A stretch of 64,000 nt of DNA from Acutalibacteraceae bacterium (GCA_045536235.1 JAZSND010000036.1:18890-82889); one strand, 5' to 3'. Positions 17,039-26,718 are shown, counted from the first letter of the stretch. A program made the numbers and translations. The notes: generated by a model not told the origin, from the letters alone.

Positions 17039-18952
17039 GTGGTGATAAATCTGAAAAGAATATATATATCTCAGCCCAATTCACAGTACGGCAAATCCAT
17101 TTATTTTCCATATGCCGCAGGCTCGCTTATTGCTTATGCCTTTGATGATGAGAGAATAAAAAGTGCATACGATTTCAAAGGCTTTGTCTACAAAAAAACA
17201 GATATAGACGCTATCGTTTCAGATTTGGATTCACCGTTTGTTTTTGGCTTTTCCTGTTATATCTGGAACTACGAATACAACAAGGCTCTTGCAAGGGCTG
17301 TCAAGTCAGCTTTCCCCGATTGCAGAATAGTTTTCGGCGGTCATCAGGTCAATGAAAACAGCGATATTGTACGGGAGGAGTTTGTTGATTATATCCTGCT
17401 CGGTGAGGGCGAAGAAAGTTTCCGCAAGCTGCTTTTGTGTTTTTGCGGCGAGGAGAAAATTGAAAATATACCCGATCTTCTTTATCGCAAAGACAACGCT
17501 TTTGTCAGGACAGACTCAGTCTGCCCGGATATTCCGCACAGGGTTTCACCTTATGTCAACGGGTATTTTGACAGCCTTGTTCAGGCCGAGGAGCTTGCTT
17601 TTTCAGCAATTCTTGAAACCAACAGAGGCTGTCCGAATAAATGTGCATTCTGTGATTGGGGAAACATAAAATCCAGAATCACGCTGTACGATCTGAAGAC
17701 CGTTAAGGCAGAAATCGACTGGATGGCTGAAAACAGAATTGAATACTGCTACTGTGCCGATTCAAACTTCGGTCTGTTTGAAAGAGATATGGAGGTTGTT
17801 GATTACCTGATACAAAAGCACAGGGAAACAGGCTATCCTCAGAAGTTTCAGGCAACATATTCTAAGAACAATCCCGGAACAGTTTTCGCCATTACAAAAA
17901 AGCTCAACGAATCGGGAATGAGCAAGGGCGCCACGCTGTCATTCCAGTCAATGCAGCAGGAGGTGCTGGACAATATCTACAGAAAAAATATGCCGCTGTC
18001 AAGCTTTAAAGAGTTGATGTCGCTGTACAGCAAAAACGGAATTTCGGCATACTCGGAAATTATAATCGGTCTGCCGGGTGAATCCTACGAAAGCTTCAAG
18101 GACGGTATTGAACAGCTGCTTGAGTCAGGTCAGCATATGTCCATCAATTTCTTTAACTGTGAGCTTCTGGTGAATTCCGTTATGAACGACCCTTACTACG
18201 TGGAAAAGCACAGAATAAAATATGCTCTGACCGAGCTTCACCAATATCACATAGAGCCGAAAGAAAACGAAATACCTGAGCTTTCGCGCATTGTTGTTTC
18301 AACATCAACGATGTCAGAAAACGATTGGATGCAGTGCAATATTCTGTCCGTTTTTGTACGTGCTTTTCATAATCTCGGCTTGCTTCAGGCTGTTGCGATT
18401 TATCTTTATTTTGAAAAGAATATTCCTTATACAGACTTTTACTGTTCCCTCATCAGGTGGTCGGAGTCAAAGCCCGATTCTGTCTGCGGTCAGATTTATT
18501 TATGGCTCAGGGCTAAGTATGAAGAGGTTCTGAGGAATGAAGGCTCGCTGACCGGCGTTGAACCCGATTTCGGACTGCTGACGTGGCCGCTTGATGAAGC
18601 CGCTTTCCTTAAAGCGATAAAGGATATCAAAAGATTTTATGAGGAAACGGCAGAGTTTATCAGACCTTATTTTGATGATAAAGAAGTATATAACGGACTC
18701 ATGCTGTACCAGACGTCTGTTGTCAAGAGCCCGTACAACTCAGAAGCTGATTTGCTTCTGAGCCATGACTGGTATGCGTATTTTAAATCGGTGTATACGA
18801 ACTGTTACGCTCCGCTTGTCAAAAAAACGAACAGAATATTTATCGACGCTTCCGATATTCCGTCTGACCCTGAAGAATACGCAAAGCAGGTAATATGGTT
18901 CGGCAGAAAAGGCGGACAGAACATCATTACAAATATAAATTATATTAATTGA
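17039..18952 (+). CDS. B12-binding-domain radical SAM enzyme (class B), paralog 2
   Basis: It has the same architecture. CPNKCAFC is at 17630-17653. The C-terminal motif is EEYAKQVIWFGRKG. It uses a GTG start 15 nt after the paralog 1 stop. Confidence 0.85.
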   Translation: MVINLKRIYISQPNSQYGKSIYFPYAAGSLIAYAFDDERIKSAYDFKGFVYKKTDIDAIVSDLDSPFVFGFSCYIWNYEYNKALARAVKSAFPDCRIVFGGHQVNENSDIVREEFVDYILLGEGEESFRKLLLCFCGEEKIENIPDLLYRKDNAFVRTDSVCPDIPHRVSPYVNGYFDSLVQAEELAFSAILETNRGCPNKCAFCDWGNIKSRITLYDLKTVKAEIDWMAENRIEYCYCADSNFGLFERDMEVVDYLIQKHRETGYPQKFQATYSKNNPGTVFAITKKLNESGMSKGATLSFQSMQQEVLDNIYRKNMPLSSFKELMSLYSKNGISAYSEIIIGLPGESYESFKDGIEQLLESGQHMSINFFNCELLVNSVMNDPYYVEKHRIKYALTELHQYHIEPKENEIPELSRIVVSTSTMSENDWMQCNILSVFVRAFHNLGLLQAVAIYLYFEKNIPYTDFYCSLIRWSESKPDSVCGQIYLWLRAKYEEVLRNEGSLTGVEPDFGLLTWPLDEAAFLKAIKDIKRFYEETAEFIRPYFDDKEVYNGLMLYQTSVVKSPYNSEADLLLSHDWYAYFKSVYTNCYAPLVKKTNRIFIDASDIPSDPEEYAKQVIWFGRKGGQNIITNINYIN

Positions 18953-18959
18953 CAGACTT

Positions 18960-20882
18960 GTGGTGAGCATTTTGGAAAAGAAAAAAATTTACTTTGTTCA
19001 ACCGAATACAATGCTGGGCAATTCCGTTTACTTCCCCTATGCTGTCGGTGTATTGGCTTCCTATGCCATGCAGTTTGAGGATATTGAGCAGAATTATGAA
19101 ATCGGTGGAATATTTTTCAAAGAGGATTCCGAGGAGGATGTTTTCCGCTGTATCGAAAAGCCTTTCATAGTCGGTTTTTCAAACTATTTCTGGAACTATA
19201 AATACAATCTGAAAATTGCAGAAAAAGTCAAGGAAAAATATCCCGGCTGCACGGTGATTTTCGGCGGACACCAGATTCCGCGAAGCACAGAGTTTCTTGA
19301 AAAATATCCGTTTATTGATTTGCTGATATTCGGTGAAGGCGAAATGCCATTTGTGAATATTCTGCGTGCTTTGGATTCACACGGAAAGGTTTCCGGTATC
19401 TGCAATGTTGCGTACAGAAACGAGTCGGGCGAGATTGTGAAAACGCCTGACAAATACGAGGGTGTTGAAGATTATCCCTCACCCTATCTTACGGGTATAT
19501 TTGACAGGCTGTGCAATGTTCCTGACGGCATTGAGTTTAACGCACAGCTTGAAACCAACAGAGGATGTCCGTATCACTGTTCGTTCTGTGACTGGTGCGA
19601 TTACGATATTCCTATGCGGAAATTCCCGATGGAACGGGTTAAAAAAGACCTTGAGTGGATTTCGGCACATAAAATTTCTTACTGTATGTGTGTTGATTCG
19701 AATTTCGGTCTTTTTGAGCGTGATGAGGAAATTGCCCGCTTTGCAGCAGAGCTGAAAACAAAAAACGGCTATCCCGACAAATTCGGTGCCTGCTTTGCAA
19801 AAAACAAAACCGACCGTATATTCAGAATAAACAAGCTTCTCAATGATGTCGGAATGAGCAAAGGTGTTTCGCTTGCATTCCAGAGTATGTCAGAAGATGT
19901 TCTGAAAAATATTTCACGCAGAAACATGAACAAGGACAGTCTGTCAGACCAGCTTGAGATGTATCACAAGGCAGGTATTCCCACCTACACGGAGCTGATT
20001 CTCGGTCTGCCGGGTGAAACGCTGGAGAGCTTTTCAAAGGGCATATGTGAGCTTCTTGAAAGAGGTCAGCACGACTCAATCAACGTTTTCCGCTGCGAGG
20101 TTTATCCGAATTCTACCCTTGCCGACAAAGCGTATATGAAAAAGTTCGGCATAAAAACTGCAATAAACAAGCTCAACATAAATCACTGCAAGATTTCCAA
20201 CGCAGTTTTTGCAGGCGGACTTGAATATATCGTCGAAACCTCTACGATGACAGCAAAGGAGCTTGTAAAGGCAACTGTTTTTTCAGCGTGTATCCAGAGC
20301 ATACACTGTCACGGACTGTTACAGTGCTTTGCAATATATATGCACAATTCTATGGGTGTCAGCTATTACGATTTTTATGAGGCGTTCACAGCTTACTTTG
20401 CCGGAAGGGACGGAGTAATCGGCGATACTGTCCGCAGAATCAGTAAATGTATTGAGTCAACCTCTGAGGGTGCGACGGATATGTCGTATATCAATCCCGA
20501 ATTCGGAGATATAACATGGCCTTATGAAGAGGCAATGCTTCTTGATTATATTTATGAGCTTGACAAATTCTACGGTGAGGCGAAAGAGTTTATAATGTCA
20601 TTCGGCATTGACCCGAAGGTGTTTGACGAGCTTATGCTTTATCAGAAAAATATGATAGTTGTACCGGGTGTCAACGATGTTACACTTGATTTTGAGTATG
20701 ACTGGAATTCATATTTTGACGGTATACTTTCCAACAGAGAAGTATGCCTTGAGAAAAGACCGACTGTTGTCAGATTCTTTGCAGAGCGTGTTCCCGACAG
20801 CTGGAAAGATTACGCCCGTGAAATAATCTGGTACGGCAGAAGAAACAAAAAAACAATCAGAAAAACTGAAGTAATTCAATAG
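18960..20882 (+). CDS. B12-binding-domain radical SAM enzyme (class B), paralog 3
   Basis: It has the same architecture. CPYHCSFC is at 19566-19589. The C-terminal motif is KDYAREIIWYGRRN. It uses a GTG start 8 nt after the paralog 2 stop. Confidence 0.85.
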   Translation: MVSILEKKKIYFVQPNTMLGNSVYFPYAVGVLASYAMQFEDIEQNYEIGGIFFKEDSEEDVFRCIEKPFIVGFSNYFWNYKYNLKIAEKVKEKYPGCTVIFGGHQIPRSTEFLEKYPFIDLLIFGEGEMPFVNILRALDSHGKVSGICNVAYRNESGEIVKTPDKYEGVEDYPSPYLTGIFDRLCNVPDGIEFNAQLETNRGCPYHCSFCDWCDYDIPMRKFPMERVKKDLEWISAHKISYCMCVDSNFGLFERDEEIARFAAELKTKNGYPDKFGACFAKNKTDRIFRINKLLNDVGMSKGVSLAFQSMSEDVLKNISRRNMNKDSLSDQLEMYHKAGIPTYTELILGLPGETLESFSKGICELLERGQHDSINVFRCEVYPNSTLADKAYMKKFGIKTAINKLNINHCKISNAVFAGGLEYIVETSTMTAKELVKATVFSACIQSIHCHGLLQCFAIYMHNSMGVSYYDFYEAFTAYFAGRDGVIGDTVRRISKCIESTSEGATDMSYINPEFGDITWPYEEAMLLDYIYELDKFYGEAKEFIMSFGIDPKVFDELMLYQKNMIVVPGVNDVTLDFEYDWNSYFDGILSNREVCLEKRPTVVRFFAERVPDSWKDYAREIIWYGRRNKKTIRKTEVIQ

Positions 20883-20900
20883 GATAAGGAGGGACCTGAA

Positions 20901-22820
20901 ATGAAGAATGTTTATTTTGTTCAACCCAACAATTCTCTTTCGGGTTCTCTTTTTTTACCTTATGCTGTCGGTTCGCTTGCAGCATATTCTTTTCAGCACG
21001 AAGAGATAAAAAGCAGTTATAATCTGTGCGAATTTATTTTCACAAAGGATACTGTTGAAAAAGCGCTCGAAAAAATAAAAGACCCGTACATAACCGGCTT
21101 TTCCTGCTATATGTGGAATGTTGAATACAATCTTATGCTTGCGGAAGAAATCAAGAAGAAATATCCGCAGTCAATCATTGTTTTCGGCGGTCCGCAGGTT
21201 CCTAACGACACGCAGTATCTGCAGGAATACGGCTTTATTGATATACTGATACACGGCGAAGGTGAAATTGCTTTTTATGAATTTCTGAGAAGTGCTGACG
21301 GCGGAAACGATCCGGGCAGTATCTTTAACATATCCTACAGAAAAGACGGAGAGATTTTAAAGACAGCGCAAAAATCTGTTTGCGATTTAAGCGGCTTTCC
21401 GTCCCCTTATTCGGCGGGACTGTTTGACAGCATTATTGACAATCCCGAATATGAGGGGATACAGTTTGATGCAATCATAGAAACCAACAGAGGCTGTCCG
21501 TACAGATGCATTTACTGCTGTTGGGCAGGCAACAAGGATATTTTCCGCCAGTTCCCTGAGAAGAGAATCAAAGAGGATTTGGATTGGATAGCAAAAAATA
21601 AAATCGCTTTTTGTATTTGTGCGGATTCAAATTTCGGTATACTTGACCGTGATGAAAAAATAGCGGAATATATCGTTGAGCTTAAACGTACTTACGGCTA
21701 TCCGCAGAAATTTGAAACAACGGCGGCAAAGAATAAAGACAGTCTTGTATTCAGAATTAATCAGAAGCTTGATTCCGAAAACCTGAACCGCGGTATATCC
21801 GTAGCGGTGCAGAGTATGTCAGAAAAAGTTCTGGAAATAATAGGCAGAAAAAACATATCGGTCGACAACCTTGCCGAACAGCTGGACAAATACAGAAAAG
21901 CGGGAATGTACACCTACACCGATATTATTCTGGGACTTCCGGGTGAAACGTTCGATAGCTTCTGCGAAGGGCTGTTCAGTGTTATTGAAGCAGGTCAGCA
22001 TTATTCCATTAACATAAACCGCTGTGAATTTTTGCCGAACTCGCTTATGTATACAAAGGAATATGTTGACAAATACAAAATAAAAACAATCCGTTCCTAT
22101 CTGTGCCAGAACCACAGCAGAAAGGTTGAGAATCTGCGGTTCGGTTCACGTTCGGAGCTTGTTGTTGAAACGGATACAATGAGCAAAGCTGACTGGAGAA
22201 GAGCGCTCAGGCTGTCTGTGTGTGTGCAGAGCTTTCACTGTATGGGGCTGCTGCGCTTCATCGCAGTTTATCTGAGAAAAGCACGGAAAATATCGTACAG
22301 GGAATTCTATTTCAATTTGTTTGAATGGATAGAAAACGAAAGCATATTTATAAAGCAAACGTTGGATTATGTCTGCGCAAGCATAGATGATTTTCTGTAC
22401 GGAAACGGAAATCTTTCTTTTTCTGACAGCAGGTTCGGAGAAATTTACTGGCCGTTTGATGAGGCACTGTTCCTCTGCCTTGCGTGTGAGGCGGATAACT
22501 TCTACAGAGAAATCAGCAGCTTTTTGTCGGTCGCTTTGGATCAGAACGATGAAATGATTTCTGATTTGTACAGGTATCAGAAGAATATAATTCTTTTGCC
22601 CGACCGGAGCGAAAATACATTCAGCCTGCGCTATGACTGGCATAAATATTTTGATGATTTGTATGATACGGAGGTCACCGTTCCGGCCGAACGAAGACTT
22701 GTAATCAGAACAGAAAAAAGCGAATTAAAATCGTGGGAGGATTACGCTCGTTACATTGTCTGGTACGGCAGACGTGACGATAAAACCGTCAACAAAAATA
22801 TCACTTGCAGTTACGGATAA
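20901..22820 (+). CDS. B12-binding-domain radical SAM enzyme (class B), paralog 4
   Basis: It has the same architecture. CPYRCIYC is at 21495-21518. The C-terminal motif is EDYARYIVWYGRRD. A strong AAGGAGG lies upstream of ATG 20901. Confidence 0.87.
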   Translation: MKNVYFVQPNNSLSGSLFLPYAVGSLAAYSFQHEEIKSSYNLCEFIFTKDTVEKALEKIKDPYITGFSCYMWNVEYNLMLAEEIKKKYPQSIIVFGGPQVPNDTQYLQEYGFIDILIHGEGEIAFYEFLRSADGGNDPGSIFNISYRKDGEILKTAQKSVCDLSGFPSPYSAGLFDSIIDNPEYEGIQFDAIIETNRGCPYRCIYCCWAGNKDIFRQFPEKRIKEDLDWIAKNKIAFCICADSNFGILDRDEKIAEYIVELKRTYGYPQKFETTAAKNKDSLVFRINQKLDSENLNRGISVAVQSMSEKVLEIIGRKNISVDNLAEQLDKYRKAGMYTYTDIILGLPGETFDSFCEGLFSVIEAGQHYSININRCEFLPNSLMYTKEYVDKYKIKTIRSYLCQNHSRKVENLRFGSRSELVVETDTMSKADWRRALRLSVCVQSFHCMGLLRFIAVYLRKARKISYREFYFNLFEWIENESIFIKQTLDYVCASIDDFLYGNGNLSFSDSRFGEIYWPFDEALFLCLACEADNFYREISSFLSVALDQNDEMISDLYRYQKNIILLPDRSENTFSLRYDWHKYFDDLYDTEVTVPAERRLVIRTEKSELKSWEDYARYIVWYGRRDDKTVNKNITCSYG

Positions 22821-22831
22821 AGTTCAAAAAA

Positions 22832-22873
22832 CACACAACGTTCCGCTTTAATCGGACGTTGTGTGCTTTTTAT
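22832..22873. terminator. bidirectional rho-independent terminator closing the operon
   Basis: A 13-bp stem (CACACAACGTTCCG / CGGACGTTGTGTG, one bulge) has CTTTTTATT downstream and AAAAAA upstream. It lies between convergent genes. Confidence 0.85.
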
Positions 22874-22937
22874 TGTGTAATTTATATGTTCTATTAAAAC
22901 TCAGCTGTTAATCAATACGGAAATCAAATTAAATTTA

Positions 22938-24107
22938 TCAACATACGGCATTGGGTACAACGTCGCGTTGTTCTGTCTGCGCAAGGCGGTTGAGCATTTC
23001 AAGGTAAAGGCTGAGCGTTTTGTTTCTATCGGCAAAAAGGCCTATCGGTTTTCCGTGGTCGCCGCTGAGTGTCGGCATTGCGTGCCAGATACCCGGCTCA
23101 AGCTCATCAGCTGCGCTGTAATCCTTATGAGGTTCGTCAATGGGATATTTTGCGGATTCAACGTCAATCAGTCCGTCGTTTTCTATGTAGAACTTAGCCT
23201 CATCTTCAGGCAGTGTTTTTGCGTATTTAAGCATCAGGCCGGATATAAGCGTGAGAATCGGAATTTTAGATACGGGCCTGTTATTCTGCACCATGTTGTA
23301 CTGATATGAAAAATAATAGATGTCCGGCACGATTTCAATACGGTCATTAAGCTCCTTTGAGCCCTGAACGGAAATATCGTAATCAATGCTGTCCGTATTT
23401 GTATAATATTTGTGTGCAACGTAAACAATGGGATCAGCATCTTTTTTATCCGTCATATTTGTAAGCCTTAAACGTTCCATGTGAAAATCTGTATATTTTT
23501 TGCCGACGGAAGTTCTGGACATTAAACCTGCATAAATAAGTGAAATAAATTTAGTCGGATTGATAAGTCCTGTTTTGTCAACAACTACGTGTGCGCGTGT
23601 ACCGCTTAAGGGAGAACAGATTGCGGTGATACTCGCAATAAGCCCCGTTTGTCCGCCCTTGAAAAGCGGAGAAACATCGTCGCCTGCAGCCTCAACCTCT
23701 TCTGGAGCGCCGTAAACCATGAGGTGACTGAGCATACGTATACATATGCCGCCGAAGGAATGACCGATAAGGTGAACCTTGCGGTTTTTGCTCCAGCCGT
23801 CAAAAAGCGGCTTTTCGTATGTACGTCCGAAACGCTCGTGGCCGAATTTTCTTGAATGGGCAACTCCGTAGTCAACACGTGTGCCCGTCAGCTGCGCATA
23901 AAGCTCACACGCCTGGTCCCATGCAGGTGACATCGGGCCGACAGAGCCGCAGTAACATTCGCAGCCGTATTCACGCAGCCTGTCAGTAAGGCTGCCTGTA
24001 GTTGCACCCCAGTAGGGAGCTTTTTTGTTTATACCCTCATTATCGCCCCAGCCGTACATGCCGTGGACAAAAACTACCGGATATTTCGGTGTGCTGCTGT
24101 AATCCAT
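22938..24107 (-). CDS. alpha/beta-hydrolase triacylglycerol lipase/esterase
   Basis: It has YPVVFVHGMYGWG (oxyanion region) and the nucleophile elbow GHSFGG. It is 389 aa with no signal peptide. Confidence 0.7.
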   Translation of the reverse strand: MDYSSTPKYPVVFVHGMYGWGDNEGINKKAPYWGATTGSLTDRLREYGCECYCGSVGPMSPAWDQACELYAQLTGTRVDYGVAHSRKFGHERFGRTYEKPLFDGWSKNRKVHLIGHSFGGICIRMLSHLMVYGAPEEVEAAGDDVSPLFKGGQTGLIASITAICSPLSGTRAHVVVDKTGLINPTKFISLIYAGLMSRTSVGKKYTDFHMERLRLTNMTDKKDADPIVYVAHKYYTNTDSIDYDISVQGSKELNDRIEIVPDIYYFSYQYNMVQNNRPVSKIPILTLISGLMLKYAKTLPEDEAKFYIENDGLIDVESAKYPIDEPHKDYSAADELEPGIWHAMPTLSGDHGKPIGLFADRNKTLSLYLEMLNRLAQTEQRDVVPNAVC

Positions 24108-24165
24108 AAAAAACCTCCCGGTAATAACATTTTATCTTAAGATAAAACGGTGTGTTTTAAAAAAC

Positions 24166-24296
24166 ATATAAATGATTTGCTGACAAGGAGTTCGTTATGT
24201 TATTTTTGTCAAGGGTTACAAAATAACCAAAAGAACATATGGAGCTGTCAAGATGATTCTTTTACGCAAAATGTTACTTCAGCGATATGATTTCAT
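24166..24296 (-). repeat. degenerate, internally deleted copy (E) of the intergenic repeat family, inverted orientation
   Basis: The minus strand reads ...CATATCGCTGAAGTAAC..GCGTAAAAGAATCAT..ACAGCTCcatatGTTCTTTTGGTTATTTTGTAACCCTTGACAAAAATAACATAACGAAC...TCATTTATATG. This matches the short variant at 43676-43922 module by module. Confidence 0.7.
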
Positions 24297-24304
24297 AAAT
24301 GAAA

Positions 24305-26356
24305 TTACTCAACGCCTCTGTAATAAAGTCCTCTTGTGAATTCTCCGTCGGGAGCTGCGCCGCTTTCGTGTTTGCGGAGAATTGCTGCACACTCTTCGGG
24401 GGATTCGGTTGTGAAATAAAGTAAATAAAATGCGGCAAAGGCAGTTTCACGTTTTCTGTCCGCCATATATACAGGTCGTGAATTAAGTACCTGCGAATAT
24501 CCGCCGGAGCAGATTACGGGGAACTGAATCCCCATGCGGTCAGTCAGGCCCTTTGTGCCGCCGCAGTTTTTACAGTCCGTGCCGTTTTTTATGGGGCAGT
24601 TGCGTGTTATCATCAGCGGCAGCCTGCCGTAGGTTACAAGTCCGAGCCTGTCGCCGCCGAAAGCGGATGCCTGAGTGAGTGTCAGTTCGGGGGAAAGCAG
24701 TATTTCGTCAGCGCCGAGCTTTCTGTATTCAAGTATGCTCTGCGAATTAAAAACGTTGCTGCCGTGTCCGAGCATGAATTCAAGCCCTGCCCTTTTTGCA
24801 AGGTGTACCGCATCAAGCGTTGCGCAGCAGACTTTTTTAAGTCCCTTTGTTTTTAAAGCGGTTAATTTTTCAAAAATCTTTTCATCCCTGCCGAAAAATA
24901 CTCTGGGTAATTCCGCAATCAATTTTTCCTTGAAAATTTCAAGCGCTTTTTCACATTCACTTAGCGGCAAAATAACTTTTTCCACATTTTTTTCTACAGT
25001 TTTTGACTGCTCAAAGCTCGAAAAACGTGCGTAAACACAAGGGTTATTCACCTTTTTCACCGAGTTTTCCACATTTACACTATGGAAAGCTCTGGTGTAA
25101 GGGTGTTTTAACTTTTCGTAAAGTTCGTCCAGCGCAGCTCTGCGCAGAGCGTTTATTGAAGAAAGCGGCAGGCTGATATTTTCGTCAATATCAACCTCAA
25201 TTTCTTCTGCATAAAATGCTGTTCCGCCGCATTTTTCAAGCTGCTGTTTTATCTTTTCTTCGCTGAGCGGAACATTTTTTGCAGGCTCTGCAACTGCATC
25301 GCCCTCAACAAAAACGCTTTTGCCCATCGCCTTTGCAGAAAGCGAAGCTGTTTCGCCCTCGTATGCGCAGAACATAAGGCTGACTCCGACAAGAGGCACT
25401 TCTTTTTCATAAAGATGAGCCAACTCTTTGAGTGCCGGGCGTGCGGAAAGCACATCGTCTTTGCTGCGTATGCCGAACATATCTCTGCTGAGCTCATCGG
25501 TCAGATAGCCGTGCGTAAAGCCTGAACGTGAAAAAACACCTCTGAGATTATTTTTCAGTCCGGTATCTTCAATTCCGTTCAATGCGTTGTTGCAGGCAGT
25601 TACAGCGGCTGCAACGTATTCGGGGCGTTTCATTCTGCCCTCAATTTTAAAGGATTTAACCCCGAACTCTTTAAGTTTCTGCAAATAGTCAACCGCCGAT
25701 AAATCCTTGAGGCTCAGGTCATTACCCGTGCCGTTTTCTGCTGCAAAGGGCAGACGGCAGGGCTGGGCGCAAAGCCCTCTGTTTGCGCTGCGTGAGCCGA
25801 GCATTGCGCTCATCAGGCACTGACCGGAAACGCACATGCACAGCGCACCGTGAACGAAAACCTCAATTTCAATCGGAGAATTTTTTGTGATATATTCAAT
25901 TTCGTCAAGTGATAATTCCCTCGCAAGTACGGCACGTGAAAAGCCCATCTCAGCAAGCTGCATCACACCCGAAAGCGTGTGCACCGAAAGCTGAGTTGAA
26001 GCGTGAACAGGCATATCGGGCGCACACTTTTTAATAAGGGAGAACACACCCGGATCCTGCACAATAAGCGCATCCACTCCCGCCTGACAAGCGTCACGTA
26101 TTGCAACCTGAACATCGTTTTTGAGTTCAGCATCCGTTGCAAGGGTATTGAGCGTCATATGCACCTGAACACCCCGGGCGTGGCAGTATTCAACAGCCGT
26201 TATAAGCTCCTGCAAAGAAAAATTGCCCGCATTACGGCGGGCATTGAGGGATTTGCCGCCGAGGTAAACAGCATTTGCGCCGCAGCGCACTGCTGCCTCG
26301 ACAGCTTCATATGTTCCTGCAGGGGCAAGTATCTCAACCGAGCTTTGCCTGAACAT
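24305..26356 (-). CDS. peptidase U32 family protein (collagenase-like, long form)
   Basis: It has the U32 signature EVFVHGALCMCVSGQCLMS. It is 683 aa. It overlaps the zapA stop. Confidence 0.88.
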   Translation of the reverse strand: MFRQSSVEILAPAGTYEAVEAAVRCGANAVYLGGKSLNARRNAGNFSLQELITAVEYCHARGVQVHMTLNTLATDAELKNDVQVAIRDACQAGVDALIVQDPGVFSLIKKCAPDMPVHASTQLSVHTLSGVMQLAEMGFSRAVLARELSLDEIEYITKNSPIEIEVFVHGALCMCVSGQCLMSAMLGSRSANRGLCAQPCRLPFAAENGTGNDLSLKDLSAVDYLQKLKEFGVKSFKIEGRMKRPEYVAAAVTACNNALNGIEDTGLKNNLRGVFSRSGFTHGYLTDELSRDMFGIRSKDDVLSARPALKELAHLYEKEVPLVGVSLMFCAYEGETASLSAKAMGKSVFVEGDAVAEPAKNVPLSEEKIKQQLEKCGGTAFYAEEIEVDIDENISLPLSSINALRRAALDELYEKLKHPYTRAFHSVNVENSVKKVNNPCVYARFSSFEQSKTVEKNVEKVILPLSECEKALEIFKEKLIAELPRVFFGRDEKIFEKLTALKTKGLKKVCCATLDAVHLAKRAGLEFMLGHGSNVFNSQSILEYRKLGADEILLSPELTLTQASAFGGDRLGLVTYGRLPLMITRNCPIKNGTDCKNCGGTKGLTDRMGIQFPVICSGGYSQVLNSRPVYMADRKRETAFAAFYLLYFTTESPEECAAILRKHESGAAPDGEFTRGLYYRGVE

Positions 26357-26678
26357 TCTGCAGCTCCCTTGTAAGTCTTTCTACTTCACGCTTTGCGATT
26401 TCAGCGTCCATCTTTGAACGTGCGGAATCCTCAAGGTATTCCTTGATCTGGCTGCGAAGGTTGTCTGCGCTGACTTCAGCCTTTTTGTACATATCTGCAT
26501 ATTCAAGTGCAGCAAGAATAGCAGCCTGAGTTACTGAAAGGCGTGTGTTTTCACGCAGAGTTTTAGTAAGCAGAGCATCAAGCTCATCGCCAAGTGCCAT
26601 AACGTACTTGGGGTCGTCCTCTGTTGTGATAGAGTAATCTGTACCGCAGATGTTAAGTCTGATTCTGTTTTTATCCAT
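26334..26678 (-). CDS. zapA: cell division protein ZapA
   Basis: NICGTDYSITTEDDPKYVMALGDELD... is followed by a C-terminal coiled coil. I moved the start to ATG 26678 because AAGGTGG lies 8 nt upstream. Confidence 0.85.
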   Translation of the reverse strand: MDKNRIRLNICGTDYSITTEDDPKYVMALGDELDALLTKTLRENTRLSVTQAAILAALEYADMYKKAEVSADNLRSQIKEYLEDSARSKMDAEIAKREVERLTRELQNVQAKLG

Positions 26679-26718
26679 TAGTATAGCCACCTTAATTTAT
26701 AATTAAATACATTATACA

